Below, one piece after another: positions 28,442 to 38,790 of a stretch of 64,000 nucleotides of DNA. This stretch comes from Thermodesulfobacteriota bacterium. Its GTDB lineage: Bacteria > Desulfobacterota_D > UBA1144 > Nemesobacterales > UBA2774. Location of the stretch: the NCBI GenBank assembly GCA_965216785.1, contig OZ244197.1:2368001-2432000 (forward strand), given 5' to 3'. Position 1 is the stretch's first letter. Each line of letters starts with the position of its first letter. Under the pieces are notes generated by a model. It saw only the letters and a list, made by a program, of their open reading frames with translations, searched no databases and was not told the DNA's origin. The position numbers were made by a program, and so were the translations under genes.

Positions 28442-30163
28442 GTGAGATACTCTCAATATTTTATACCAACACTAAAGGAAGACCCGGCAGACGCTGAAGT
28501 CGTGAGCCATAAGCTCATGATCCGCGCGGGAATGATACGCAAGCTCGCAGCGGGTATTTACAACTACTTGCCGCTCGGGCTACGCTCCGTGGGCAAAGTG
28601 GAGAAGATCGTCCGTGAGGAGATGAACAGGGCAGGGGCTATTGAGCTTCTCATGCCTGCAGTGCTTCCTTCCGAGCTTTGGGAGGAGAGCGGGCGCTGGG
28701 ACGTTTACGGAAAAGAGCTTTTACGCTTTAAAGACAGGGCAGATAGGGAGTTTTGCATAGGCCCTACGCACGAAGAGATAATAACAGACATAGTGCGCCG
28801 TGACATACGCTCCTACAAGGAGCTTCCGGTAAACCTGTATCAGATACAGACTAAATTTAGAGACGAAATACGCCCTCGCTTCGGTGTGATGCGCGCCCGC
28901 GAGTTCATAATGAAGGACGCGTACAGCTTTGACGCCGACATAGAGGGGGCGGAGAAGTCTTACTGGGCCATGTATGAGGCGTATACCAAGATATTCGAGC
29001 GCTGCGGCCTAGAGTTTCGGGCTGTTTTAGCCGACACGGGTAATATCGGTGGGAACTTCTCTCACGAGTTCATGGTGCTGGCCCCGACAGGGGAAGATAT
29101 CATTATGAGCTGCAGTAAGTGCGACTACGCGGCAAACCTGGAGCTGGCGGAAGTAGGCGAAGGTGCCGGGAGTGCTCAAAAAGGCGGCACAGAGGGGGCC
29201 GAAGAGGTAAAAGAGGTACATACGCCCGCTCTCAAAACAGTTGAAGAAGTAGCTGAACAATTAAATGTAAGACCCTCTGATTTAATAAAAACTATGATCG
29301 TTATGGCTGACGGTGAGCCTCTGGCCGCTCTAGTGCGGGGAGATCATGAGCTTAGCCTTACGAAGCTCAGAAAATCACTCGGCGCGGAGCTGGTGGAGCT
29401 TGCCACCCCGGACGTTATTGACCAAACAACAGGCGGTCCGATGGGATTCAGCGGCCCTGTGGGGCTAAACGCTCGTATTATTGCGGATAAATCTGTAAAA
29501 GATATGGGAGTTTCGGTAACGGGGGCGAATAAAGCTGACTATCACGTAATAAATGTAGTATTGGGAAGGGATTACGAGGTAAAAGAGTTTGCCGACATTA
29601 GGGTTGCGGAAGACGGGGACAAATGCCCCAACTGTGACGGCGGCACGCTAGTATCTACAAGAGGAATAGAGGTAGGGCATGTATTTATGCTGGGGACCAA
29701 GTACAGCGATGCTATGAACGCCAAGTTCGTTGACAAGGACGGCAAGGAAAAGCCTTTTATTATGGGATGTTATGGCATAGGGATAGGGCGTACAGTGGCC
29801 GCGGCGATAGAGCAGAACCACGATGAGAGCGGTATGATATTCCCAGAGGCTTTAGCGCCATTTCAGGTAACTGTGCTTCCTCTAAAAGTTAAGGACGAAG
29901 AAGTAATGAAAGCCTCAGAGGAGATTTATAAGGAGCTTATTGATCTTGGGTATGAGGCGATAATAGACGACAGGGATGTAGGACCCGGGTTTAAGTTTAA
30001 GGACGCCGAGCTGATAGGAATCCCTGTGCAGGTAGCGGTCGGGCCAAGGACGATTAAAGAGGGAGAAGCGGAGCTGAAAGTCAGAAAAACGGGCGATTCG
30101 AGGAATATAAAACTTAAAGAAGTAGTTCAAGAAGTGCAAGAGCTATTATCTGTAATAAGTTGA
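28442..30163 (+). CDS. proS: Proline--tRNA ligase
   Basis: GPTHEE, QTKFRDEIRPRFGVMRAREF, INS editing domain, GIEVGHVF, MGCYGIG; start at GTG 28442. Confidence 0.97.
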   Translation: MRYSQYFIPTLKEDPADAEVVSHKLMIRAGMIRKLAAGIYNYLPLGLRSVGKVEKIVREEMNRAGAIELLMPAVLPSELWEESGRWDVYGKELLRFKDRADREFCIGPTHEEIITDIVRRDIRSYKELPVNLYQIQTKFRDEIRPRFGVMRAREFIMKDAYSFDADIEGAEKSYWAMYEAYTKIFERCGLEFRAVLADTGNIGGNFSHEFMVLAPTGEDIIMSCSKCDYAANLELAEVGEGAGSAQKGGTEGAEEVKEVHTPALKTVEEVAEQLNVRPSDLIKTMIVMADGEPLAALVRGDHELSLTKLRKSLGAELVELATPDVIDQTTGGPMGFSGPVGLNARIIADKSVKDMGVSVTGANKADYHVINVVLGRDYEVKEFADIRVAEDGDKCPNCDGGTLVSTRGIEVGHVFMLGTKYSDAMNAKFVDKDGKEKPFIMGCYGIGIGRTVAAAIEQNHDESGMIFPEALAPFQVTVLPLKVKDEEVMKASEEIYKELIDLGYEAIIDDRDVGPGFKFKDAELIGIPVQVAVGPRTIKEGEAELKVRKTGDSRNIKLKEVVQEVQELLSVIS

Positions 30164-30202
30164 TATTATGGGGTAAATATACTTAAAGTAAAATATTAAG
30201 AA

Positions 30203-30925
30203 ATGCTAAGACCTAATCTTACACCAAATGAGCGTATTATACTCGCTCTTGATTTCCCAAGGCGGGAAATTGCCGAGCAATGGGTCCAGAAACTAGTCGG
30301 AAAGATAAAGACATTTAAAGTAGGACCCATACTTTTTCTGGATTCGGGACCTGACGGAGTTATCGATCTTCAGGATATGGGCGCTGATATTTTTCTGGAC
30401 ATGAAATTCCACGATATCCCCTCAACAGTTGAAAAATCCGCGCGTCAGGCCACCACTTTAGGGGTAAGAATGCTCACAATTCACGCATCCGGCGGAATTC
30501 GGATGATGGAGAGCGTCTCTAAGGGTGTAAAAGAGGAATCCGAGGGGTTAGGTATACCCAAACCCGTAATTTTGGCCGTAACTGTGTTAACGAGCCAAGA
30601 TCAGGATAGTTTAGCTGAAATCGGGGTGAATTCCACAACCCAGGATTCTGTGCTGAGACTCGCTTCATTGGCGGAAAAAGCCAATATTGACGGGCTCGTA
30701 TGCTCGGGGTTGGAAGTTGAGATGCTGAGAAGAGAATTCGGCAACCGTTTTACCCTCGTAGTACCAGGCATCCGTCCCGGCACAGCCGCTCACGATCAAA
30801 AGCGGGTTGTTACCCCAAAAGAGGCAGTTTCACTCGGCGCGGACTACTTGGTAATAGGCCGTGCGATAACAGAAGCCGACAACCCCGAAGCTGTGATTGA
30901 CGGAATTATTGAGTCTCTTGGTTGA
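30203..30925 (+). CDS. pyrF: Orotidine-5'-phosphate decarboxylase
   Basis: ILALD, FLDMKFHDIPSTV, AVTVLTS, PGIRP, VIGRAIT. Confidence 0.96.
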   Translation: MLRPNLTPNERIILALDFPRREIAEQWVQKLVGKIKTFKVGPILFLDSGPDGVIDLQDMGADIFLDMKFHDIPSTVEKSARQATTLGVRMLTIHASGGIRMMESVSKGVKEESEGLGIPKPVILAVTVLTSQDQDSLAEIGVNSTTQDSVLRLASLAEKANIDGLVCSGLEVEMLRREFGNRFTLVVPGIRPGTAAHDQKRVVTPKEAVSLGADYLVIGRAITEADNPEAVIDGIIESLG

Positions 30926-30984
30926 GCATATAGTCAAAAAATCAGTAGGTTACAGCTTATTCTTTCTGTATGCTTTAATACCAA

Positions 30985-31446
30985 ATGAGAAGAAGCAAAA
31001 GTCAGCTACTTGTGTCACTCCTATTTTTTATATCTTTAGTTATTTCCCTGAACTCTACCTACGCAAAGGATATTAAGGATGAGGTTGTAAAACGAACCAG
31101 CCTGGATGAGGAAATTTCGGTTTTCTGCCTCCGAAACTGCGCAGGGAACGAGCGAAAGGGGTATTTGAAAAGTTTTACAGTAGAGCAAATGAATAACGGG
31201 CATTATCAGGTAGTCGGAAAAGCCGCTCTTCAAAACCGTCATGTCATAAAGAGCTATATCATTTATGACCACACGGTTGTCGTAAACACGCTCGGGACCC
31301 TTAACCCGGAAAACTGCAAGCTTCGAATTGATGATGTCTTTATCGAGAACGATTACAGGGGCCTTTTTACAGCCATGCTTAAAAACCACGGAGAGGTCGT
31401 AGGTAAAGTGGAGAGGATTCCCAACTGCCGTAGTTTTATTGATTAG
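30985..31446 (+). CDS. Hypothetical exported protein (4 Cys)
   Basis: Signal peptide ending TYA; fills the intergenic space. Confidence 0.65.
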   Translation: MRRSKSQLLVSLLFFISLVISLNSTYAKDIKDEVVKRTSLDEEISVFCLRNCAGNERKGYLKSFTVEQMNNGHYQVVGKAALQNRHVIKSYIIYDHTVVVNTLGTLNPENCKLRIDDVFIENDYRGLFTAMLKNHGEVVGKVERIPNCRSFID

Positions 31447-31573
31447 CGTTCCAAGCGCGTTTAAGGGATTCCCAATCTCTACTGCTTCCTCTGGAAGATT
31501 TATCTGAAAGTTGGTATGATGAGGAATTACTTAAAGGATTAGACCCTGAAACGAGTTCAGGGTGATGGTAAAA

Positions 31574-32740
31574 ATGGCGGGCTATAAAAACTTAACCAGA
31601 AGAGAAGCTCTCAAACTTGGCGGTCTGACAATACTTGCCACGACATTAGGGTCTTGCGCCAAGAAGGTGCCTGAATACTCGGGCATGTATTCAAGAAGAT
31701 TTAATCCGGTCATCGTATCTGAGCAAAGGGTGCTAAGAGAGCTTGTGGGGCTAAGACCGTATCGGCCACAGGGTTTTGTTGTGAGGCATCAAAGGCTGGG
31801 GATGAAGGACGTCGTCCATAACTACGGTCACGGCGGGGGAGGGGTATCACTGTGCTGGGGCACCTCACACATGGCTGTCGATAAGGCGGTTGAGCTCGGA
31901 CACCGTGAGTGCGCCGTGCTGGGCTCAGGCATTGTGGGTCTTTGCACTGCGACGTTACTTCAGCGGGCCGGATACGGGGTCACTATATATACTAAAGAGC
32001 TTCCCCCAAACACTACGTCAAACGTGGCAGCCGGGAAATGGACTCCGCTCATAGCGTTTAATAAGAGTTATATCACTACAGAATTCTACAGAGAATTCTT
32101 GAGAGCTACCAGGCTGTCTTACGATTATTACAGAGAATTCATCGGCAAGGGTTACGGCGTGACCTGGACGCAGAACTACATATTCGGAGACAAACCTGTC
32201 GGGCTCTCGCCTTCATACGAAGACCTTCTCTACAGCTACCGTGATGTGGAGACCGTACCCAAATACGCGTATCCGTACGACATGCCTTATTGCCTCGCCT
32301 ATACAGCGCTAAGAGTAGAGACTCCTTTATTTATGAACGCTCTCATGAGAGACTTCCGCAGGGCCGGAGGGAAAGTCGTGATGAGGCAGTTCTCTGACGC
32401 GCGCCAGCTTAACGGTCTAAAGGAGCCGTTAATTATGAACTGCACGGGCCTCGGCTCAAGGGCGCTGTTCGGCGATACGGACCTCGTGCCGGTCAAAGGC
32501 CAGCTAACTATGCTAATGCCCCAGCCGGAAGTTTCTTACTCGACGGGTATACGAGGGGAGGGGCTTTATATGGTGCCGAGGACTGACGGCGTTCTGCTGG
32601 GAGGAACATGGCAGCCTGACGAATGGAGCCTTACCCCCGACCCTGTGCTATCGAGGAATATACTCGAAGCCCAGGCAGAGTTTTTCGGCAGCCGGTATAG
32701 ATTGGTGGGGTGGTATCAACGTGATAGTAGGGGTTATTAG
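31574..32740 (+). CDS. D-amino acid oxidase-like FAD oxidoreductase, Tat lipoprotein, circularly permuted
   Basis: TRREALK Tat motif, LGSC lipobox; GLRPYR and HNYGHGGGG occur before GSGIVG; NCTGLG, PVKGQ. Confidence 0.85.
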   Translation: MAGYKNLTRREALKLGGLTILATTLGSCAKKVPEYSGMYSRRFNPVIVSEQRVLRELVGLRPYRPQGFVVRHQRLGMKDVVHNYGHGGGGVSLCWGTSHMAVDKAVELGHRECAVLGSGIVGLCTATLLQRAGYGVTIYTKELPPNTTSNVAAGKWTPLIAFNKSYITTEFYREFLRATRLSYDYYREFIGKGYGVTWTQNYIFGDKPVGLSPSYEDLLYSYRDVETVPKYAYPYDMPYCLAYTALRVETPLFMNALMRDFRRAGGKVVMRQFSDARQLNGLKEPLIMNCTGLGSRALFGDTDLVPVKGQLTMLMPQPEVSYSTGIRGEGLYMVPRTDGVLLGGTWQPDEWSLTPDPVLSRNILEAQAEFFGSRYRLVGWYQRDSRGY

Positions 32741-32766
32741 TTGTAAAAAATGATATTTAGCTTACA

Positions 32767-33570
32767 TCATGTGATATTCTCAAAATCAAAACTAAGACCA
32801 GCATCACGCATTTCTTTAGCCAGTTTTAACTTCCACGCATCACTTTCATCAAGTTCTATATATACTATTCTACTTAAATCCGAAGGTATCTCAGTGTCCT
32901 CTTTAACCAATGCACAAACTCTCTGTCGACCTAGTTTTGCATTCAAGTATCCATGCTCGAATATGACGTTTTGCCTTGCTCTCGACTTTAAATTGTCAGT
33001 ATTATTCCTGAGAGAACCTACATCGTCTGGGGTCAGTAATACTATGGCATAAGCAACATCTGTGTGCCGCTCAAGTTTTTCTATGATGGTCATTCCAGTA
33101 CTTGCTTGCTCATGTAATATTACCGCTTCTAACTCAAGTTTCTCTATAAACCGAGCTATAGAAATCTTTGCAGCTTCATCTCGACCATGAACTATAAATA
33201 CCCTTCTATTGTTTGTGGCTTGAGGTATAGATGTCGAATCTAAACTTTTACCTTTTACTGTTTTCATAACTTGATTTGTAATATCTTTGAAGTACTCGTC
33301 AAAATCTAATATATCTTCTCGACTTATATACATAAGAACACCCGGACTCATCTTATCATTTTCTAAAGTCGAATAATAAGTTGTTGTCTCTTTTGATTCT
33401 AGAATTTTTAATCGTTTTACTTTATCATGTGAAATTATGTAACCATTGAATTGAAATTGTTCTTTGTTTATAAATGGTTTTACAATGTCAGATTCAATCT
33501 CACTTAAATCAGTTTTATCCAGCTCATAAACTTCATTATCAGTAATTTCGATCAAAACATGATAATACAT
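32767..33570 (-). CDS. TIR-like domain protein (Cap12/Pycsar-effector type, PF10137-like)
   Basis: VFIVHGRD, LHEQ..G.TIIEKLE, AIVLLTPDD, RARQNVIFEHGY, PSDL. Confidence 0.9.
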   Translation of the reverse strand: MYYHVLIEITDNEVYELDKTDLSEIESDIVKPFINKEQFQFNGYIISHDKVKRLKILESKETTTYYSTLENDKMSPGVLMYISREDILDFDEYFKDITNQVMKTVKGKSLDSTSIPQATNNRRVFIVHGRDEAAKISIARFIEKLELEAVILHEQASTGMTIIEKLERHTDVAYAIVLLTPDDVGSLRNNTDNLKSRARQNVIFEHGYLNAKLGRQRVCALVKEDTEIPSDLSRIVYIELDESDAWKLKLAKEMRDAGLSFDFENIT

Positions 33571-33614
33571 AGCAGTCCTCCAGCAATATGTTCTTAGTTA
33601 ATCATGCAATATTA

Positions 33615-34730
33615 TCATTTGCTTGATTCTATTAAACCTTCTCTTTCAAGAACCTTTCTTACTTCATCAAATGCAGCCTTTATATTTCCTTTTGGGAAGC
33701 GGATCTGTCCTAATCCTTCAATATTACTAAATTCTTCACATCCTTCTTCGATTAGTACTATCGCTTTTGTAAATCCAAGTTTTCCTTGAAATAGACCAGC
33801 CTCATGTACAACATTCATTCTTGCATGCATTCGTCCATCCGCTTGTTCATCTTCTGCAGTCATAATTAAGAAAGCTATTGCCGCTGCATCAAGCATTTCT
33901 GATAGACGTGCTATATTCGTTATTCCAGCAACCGGTACTCTGTTGAATTCATCCCAAGGCAAACTTAGTCTGTCTTGTATGAAATCTTTAAATTCTCTCC
34001 AGATAGGTGAACCACCATGTCCAATAAAAACATTTGTACCTATTGTCTCCAAACGTTTCTTGCTCTTATCTAAGCGTGCAATATGAGAACCAGCTTTTCG
34101 TGCAATCTCCGATAGTTTTAGACAAATATCAATAGGTTGTTTTAACGCTGCAATTTCCGCCAACACACTAACATGTGGAGGTGTGTATAAACCTTGACTT
34201 ATGGCAAGTGAGTCTCGACTAATCATTCTTCCTGATGGTGCTAAAGCACCTACAATATCCGATTCAGATATTATTTTTAATTTATTTAGATCATCTGCCA
34301 CAGAATTAAGAAACTGATCTGATTTATCCTTATTAATAATCGAAAGAATAGATAATACTTCTTGTTTTTTGTCTTCAAAGGTTTCTTTAGCTTCTTTAGA
34401 AAGTTCTTGAGCATAAGTCAAATCAGGACTTTCTGCTAGTTTATATATTTCATTTCGAATTTCCTCTTCAGTATACTCTTTCCACGCTTCACTCGTCCGC
34501 ATGAGTCCCCACTCTTGACTAAAATGATCACCTGAAGGGGGTGGCTGAAAATTTACGTAATAAACTCTAGCTTGATATCCAAGCCAGGATCCACTCCATG
34601 CTTTACCAACTGACTCTGTGGCTTTTTCTATTTTCTCTATTGGAGCTGTAAATTCTGGATTATTTACAGTTCCAGTAAATTCATCCAGATAATCCGCAAT
34701 TTCCAATAACTCTTGATCTAAGTGTTTCAT
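33615..34730 (-). CDS. TIR-like domain protein (PF10137-like) with a helical N-terminal region
   Basis: VFIGHG, AFLIMTAEDE, ARMNVVHEAGLFQG.LGF..AI, FSNIEGL. Confidence 0.88.
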   Translation of the reverse strand: MKHLDQELLEIADYLDEFTGTVNNPEFTAPIEKIEKATESVGKAWSGSWLGYQARVYYVNFQPPPSGDHFSQEWGLMRTSEAWKEYTEEEIRNEIYKLAESPDLTYAQELSKEAKETFEDKKQEVLSILSIINKDKSDQFLNSVADDLNKLKIISESDIVGALAPSGRMISRDSLAISQGLYTPPHVSVLAEIAALKQPIDICLKLSEIARKAGSHIARLDKSKKRLETIGTNVFIGHGGSPIWREFKDFIQDRLSLPWDEFNRVPVAGITNIARLSEMLDAAAIAFLIMTAEDEQADGRMHARMNVVHEAGLFQGKLGFTKAIVLIEEGCEEFSNIEGLGQIRFPKGNIKAAFDEVRKVLEREGLIESSK

Positions 34731-34772
34731 AATATAAAACTAAAAGAGGATCCCGTATTCTTAATTTATTAT

Positions 34773-34808
34773 AAGGCGCCTGCTCAGAACTAACTGAGAA
34801 GGCGCCTT
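34773..34808. terminator. Hairpin downstream of clpB
   Basis: aaggcgcc..ctcag-loop-ctgag..ggcgcctt; weak T tract. Confidence 0.55.
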
Positions 34809-34829
34809 TGAATCGGTTGGCAATTCATC

Positions 34830-37451
34830 TTATTCATTCGCCGCTTTTTTCTTTTTCGGTTTTTCTTCTTTAGCGATTACAAGCTCTCTGTCTTTATCAA
34901 CGTCAACTATAACGTTGTCTCCCTCTTTAAAATCGCCTTTGAGTATCTCATTGGCAAGAGGGTCCTGAATGAGCTTCTGAATCGTTCGCTTAAGTGGCCT
35001 CGCCCCGTAGACCGGATCGTATCCCTTCTCGGCCACGACGTCCTTTGCCTCATTCGTGAGGGTAAGTCCGATCTTCCTCTCTTCGAGCCTATGCCTTAAG
35101 TGCTCAATCTGAATGTCCACGATCTCTTTAATCTGGGTCAGGCCAAGAGTAACGAATATGATCGTCTCGTCTATCCTGTTCAGAAACTCCGGACGGAACG
35201 AGCTTTGGACTACTTCCATAACGCGCTCTTCCATAGTCTCGGGTCTGTCGATGTACTCCTGAATATATTCGCTCCCTAGGTTAGAGGTCATGATGATGAT
35301 CGTGTTCTTGAAATCCACCGTGCGTCCCTGACCGTCGGTCAAGCGGCCGTCGTCCAGAATCTGAAGCAGCACGTTGAATACGTCAGTGTGCGCTTTCTCT
35401 ATCTCGTCAAATAATACGACAGAGTAGGGCCGGCGTCTTACGGCCTCTGATAGCTGGCCGCCTTCCTCGTACCCTACGTACCCGGGAGGCGCGCCAACGA
35501 GTCTCGATACCGTGTGCTTTTCCATGTACTCACTCATGTCTATCCTGACCATCGCGTGCTCGTCATCGAACATAAACTCTGCGAGCGCTCTCGCAAGCTC
35601 TGTCTTACCTACGCCCGTGGGCCCTAAGAAAAGGAACGAGCCGATGGGGCGGTTCGGATCTGACAGTCCCGCACGTGATCTGCGCAGCGCGTTTGACACC
35701 GCGGTTATGGCATCGTCCTGGCCTATGACCCTTACGTGCAGGCGGTCTTCCATGTGAATGAGCTTCTCGACTTCGCCCTCTAAGAGTCTAGATACAGGCA
35801 CTCCCGTCCAGTTGGAGACGATCGCCGCTATGTCGTCCGCGTCGACTTCCTCTTTAAGCATGCATTTATTCTTTTGTATTTCACTGAGCTCTTTACTTAG
35901 CTCTTCAACTTTCTCGTTTAGCTCCGGAAGCTTTCCATATTGAATCTCTGAAGCCGTGGACAAGTCGCCGCCCCTCTGCGCCTTCTCGGCGTCAGAGCGG
36001 AGCTGATCGATCTCTTCCTTGGCGCTTCGGATCTCGGAAATATGCTCCTTCTCACGCGTCCACTGGGCCTTAAGCGTGTTGGACTCTTCCTTTAGGTTTT
36101 CGATATTCTTCTTTATATCCTCGAGCTTTTCCTTTGAGGCCTCGTCCTTTTCCTTCTTGAGGGCCTCCCTCTCGATCTCAAGCTGCATTATGCGCCGCTC
36201 GACTTCGTCGATCTCGGTAGGCATGGAGTCGATCTCCATCTTTAACCTGGCCGCCGCTTCGTCTATGAGGTCCACTGCTTTATCGGGAAGAAAACGTCCC
36301 GTGATGTAGCGGTTAGACAGTACGCCTGCTGCGATTATCGCCTCGTCTTTAATTTTTACACCGTGGTGAACCTCGTACTTTTCCTTAAGACCTCGGAGTA
36401 TGGTGATGGTCTCTTCCACAGTGGGCTCATCTACGAAGACCTGTTGGAAGCGTCTTTCCAGAGCCGCGTCTTTTTCTATATATTTTCTGAATTCATCGAG
36501 CGTTGTGGCTCCGATACAGTGGAGCTCACCGCGAGCGAGCGCTGGCTTTAGCATATTGGATGCGTCCATTGCACCCTCTGTCGCGCCTGCGCCTACTACG
36601 GTGTGGATCTCGTCTATAAATAGTATGATCTGGCCGTCAGATTCGGTGACTTCTTTAAGAACAGCTTTAAGACGCTCTTCGAACTGCCCTCTATATTTAG
36701 CGCCCGCTACTAGCGCGCCTATGTCGAGCGCTACGAGCTTTTTGTTCTTTAGCCCTTCGGGAACGTCCCCGTTCACTATCCTCTGCGCGAGCCCTTCGGC
36801 TATGGCGGTCTTACCTACGCCGGGCTCACCGATGAGCACAGGGTTGTTCTTGGTACGCCTGGACAGTACTTGGATTACACGCCTGATCTCGTCGTCACGG
36901 CCTATGACAGGGTCGATCTTCCCCTGGCGGGCAAGCTCGGTAAAGTCCTTACCGTACTGCTCGAGTGACTGCATGGTGTCTTCGGGGGACTGGCTGGTCA
37001 CGTTCTGACCGCCCCTTATGTCCTGAAGGACCTTGAGGATGCTGTCCCTTGTTATACCGAGACGCTTAAGCTCGTCATGCACCTCTCCCTTTGCGTCCTG
37101 AGCGATACCCAGGAGCAGGTGCTCGGTGCTGATGTACTCGTCGCCTAAGGACTTAGCCTCTTTCTCGGCTGTTTTAAAGGCTTTACTGAGCTCTCTTGAG
37201 AGGTATACCTGGTCTCCCTCGGCCTCTACCTTTGGCAGCTTGCCAATGGCGCTTTGAGCTACGTCGCGAACTACTTGTGCGTTTGCGCCGATCTTGCCGA
37301 TAATCTGCGCCGGTATGCCCCCTTCCGCAAGCAGAGCGTCCAGTACGTGGGCTATGTCTATTACCTGATTTTTATTTTCCTCCGCCAGAGACTGAGCCTC
37401 TGCCAGAGCTTCTTGTGCTTTTATGGTCAATTTATCAAATTTCATTGTCAT
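34830..37451 (-). CDS. clpB: ATP-dependent chaperone ClpB
   Basis: Two AAA+ modules ([16 protein letters not shown]), coiled-coil M domain, [13 protein letters not shown]; AGGAGG RBS. Confidence 0.97.
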   Translation of the reverse strand: MTMKFDKLTIKAQEALAEAQSLAEENKNQVIDIAHVLDALLAEGGIPAQIIGKIGANAQVVRDVAQSAIGKLPKVEAEGDQVYLSRELSKAFKTAEKEAKSLGDEYISTEHLLLGIAQDAKGEVHDELKRLGITRDSILKVLQDIRGGQNVTSQSPEDTMQSLEQYGKDFTELARQGKIDPVIGRDDEIRRVIQVLSRRTKNNPVLIGEPGVGKTAIAEGLAQRIVNGDVPEGLKNKKLVALDIGALVAGAKYRGQFEERLKAVLKEVTESDGQIILFIDEIHTVVGAGATEGAMDASNMLKPALARGELHCIGATTLDEFRKYIEKDAALERRFQQVFVDEPTVEETITILRGLKEKYEVHHGVKIKDEAIIAAGVLSNRYITGRFLPDKAVDLIDEAAARLKMEIDSMPTEIDEVERRIMQLEIEREALKKEKDEASKEKLEDIKKNIENLKEESNTLKAQWTREKEHISEIRSAKEEIDQLRSDAEKAQRGGDLSTASEIQYGKLPELNEKVEELSKELSEIQKNKCMLKEEVDADDIAAIVSNWTGVPVSRLLEGEVEKLIHMEDRLHVRVIGQDDAITAVSNALRRSRAGLSDPNRPIGSFLFLGPTGVGKTELARALAEFMFDDEHAMVRIDMSEYMEKHTVSRLVGAPPGYVGYEEGGQLSEAVRRRPYSVVLFDEIEKAHTDVFNVLLQILDDGRLTDGQGRTVDFKNTIIIMTSNLGSEYIQEYIDRPETMEERVMEVVQSSFRPEFLNRIDETIIFVTLGLTQIKEIVDIQIEHLRHRLEERKIGLTLTNEAKDVVAEKGYDPVYGARPLKRTIQKLIQDPLANEILKGDFKEGDNVIVDVDKDRELVIAKEEKPKKKKAANE

Positions 37452-37496
37452 TTACCTCCTGCTAACAGAAATTGCAGTTTGAATTTTTATCCAATC

Positions 37497-37675
37497 CCCC
37501 GGCATCGCTGTATGCTTAAATTTAGCCTACCCCCCGATCGTGCTTCGCACTCCGGTCCGTCCCCACTGCCTCTGTCCCCACTATTAATTCCCCGGCATCG
37601 CTGTGAAACGCTCGCCTCTTACCTCAATCTGATTAATTCCCCGGCATCGCTGTGAAACGCTCGCCTCTTACCCCA
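37497..37675 (-). repeat. Array of hairpin repeats in the clpB leader (three type A, one type B)
   Basis: attaattccccggcatcgctgtgaaacgctcgcctcttacc twice with a 49-nt period; a third copy is interrupted by a type B unit. Confidence 0.88.
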
Positions 37676-37686
37676 TTATATTAAAA

Positions 37687-37713
37687 ATAGGTACTGTTGG
37701 GCGATACTTCAAG
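37687..37713 (-). promoter_or_regulatory. Putative sigma-32-like promoter of clpB
   Basis: CTTGAA-N15-ACCTAT on the minus strand. Confidence 0.45.
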
Positions 37714-37920
37714 ACCGCGGGGGCTGAAAATACTAGAATTAATGTAGTTAACCTTTTAATATTGCTAATAAGTACGTGATATAGGTATGTTAGTATGTAT
37801 AGGTAAAGTAACACATTAATGGTAAATAATTGCATGATAGTTAAGGTTCACGGTCTCAAAAGAGCCTGAATACACGGGTGCACTTGACAATTTACGTCTG
37901 ATTCTGTTCAGTAAATAACC

Positions 37921-38745
37921 ATGAAGAAGGACCCTGGCATAATAGTATTAGTCACCAGGAATCATATCGGATCTACTATCTTCCTAAATCATCTGGTGAG
38001 TAGCGGCGTTAATATACAGGCTATTGTAGAATCGCAGGCAATCCTGGCAAAAGACAATAACCTTGCTAACTACATTAGGCGTTTAAGGTTAATGGGAGCG
38101 AGGCAGACCTTACAATGGACGCTTGTATCTTTGTATACGCTCGCCCGAATAAGCTTGTCTACATTACTATCTTACTTGGGAATCAAGCAGAAGATGTTCA
38201 CGGTCGGACAAATCTCAAAACGCGGCAATATTCCGATTATAAAGACTAAGGACATAAACTGTGAAGAGACTGTGTCGCGCATAAAATCCTTTAAGCCTGA
38301 CATTATAGTGTGCGCGTATTTCAATCAGATACTTAAGAAAGAAATATGTGAGATACCCACATTAAACTGTGTGAACATTCACCTGGCGCTCTCGCAGAAA
38401 TACAGGGGGCTTAACAGCTATTTCTGGGTGCTTGTGAATAATGAAACGGAGTCGGGGGTGACGCTCCATGAGGTGGATGAAGGAATAGACACAGGGAAGG
38501 TGATTGCGCAAAGAACAGTTAAAATAGAGGATACGGATACCGCCGTAGGACTGTTTATTAAGCTCGCTCAGACAGGTGCAGAGCTTTTTCTTAGCTCTTT
38601 GAGCGATATTGCGCAGCGCAAATTCAAGGTAAACGACACCTCTGGCTCACAGTACTATTCCACCTTCACCAAAGAGGGTTACGGCGAGCTTATAAAAACC
38701 GGAAGGAAGTTTTTCATACCCGCCGACATCAACAATTTATTTTAG
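37921..38745 (+). CDS. Formyltransferase family protein (N-terminal domain only)
   Basis: PDIIV..FNQIL, NIHLALSQKYRG, GVTLHEVDEGIDTG. Confidence 0.85.
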   Translation: MKKDPGIIVLVTRNHIGSTIFLNHLVSSGVNIQAIVESQAILAKDNNLANYIRRLRLMGARQTLQWTLVSLYTLARISLSTLLSYLGIKQKMFTVGQISKRGNIPIIKTKDINCEETVSRIKSFKPDIIVCAYFNQILKKEICEIPTLNCVNIHLALSQKYRGLNSYFWVLVNNETESGVTLHEVDEGIDTGKVIAQRTVKIEDTDTAVGLFIKLAQTGAELFLSSLSDIAQRKFKVNDTSGSQYYSTFTKEGYGELIKTGRKFFIPADINNLF

Positions 38746-38790
38746 GCAACTCATACTTTATATATAATCCACATTTTACGCACGAATTAC

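Noticed and set aside
37583-37675. CRISPR-like direct repeats upstream of clpB
   Set aside because: Only two intact copies, separated by under 10 nt; no spacer-length unique sequences and no cas genes.
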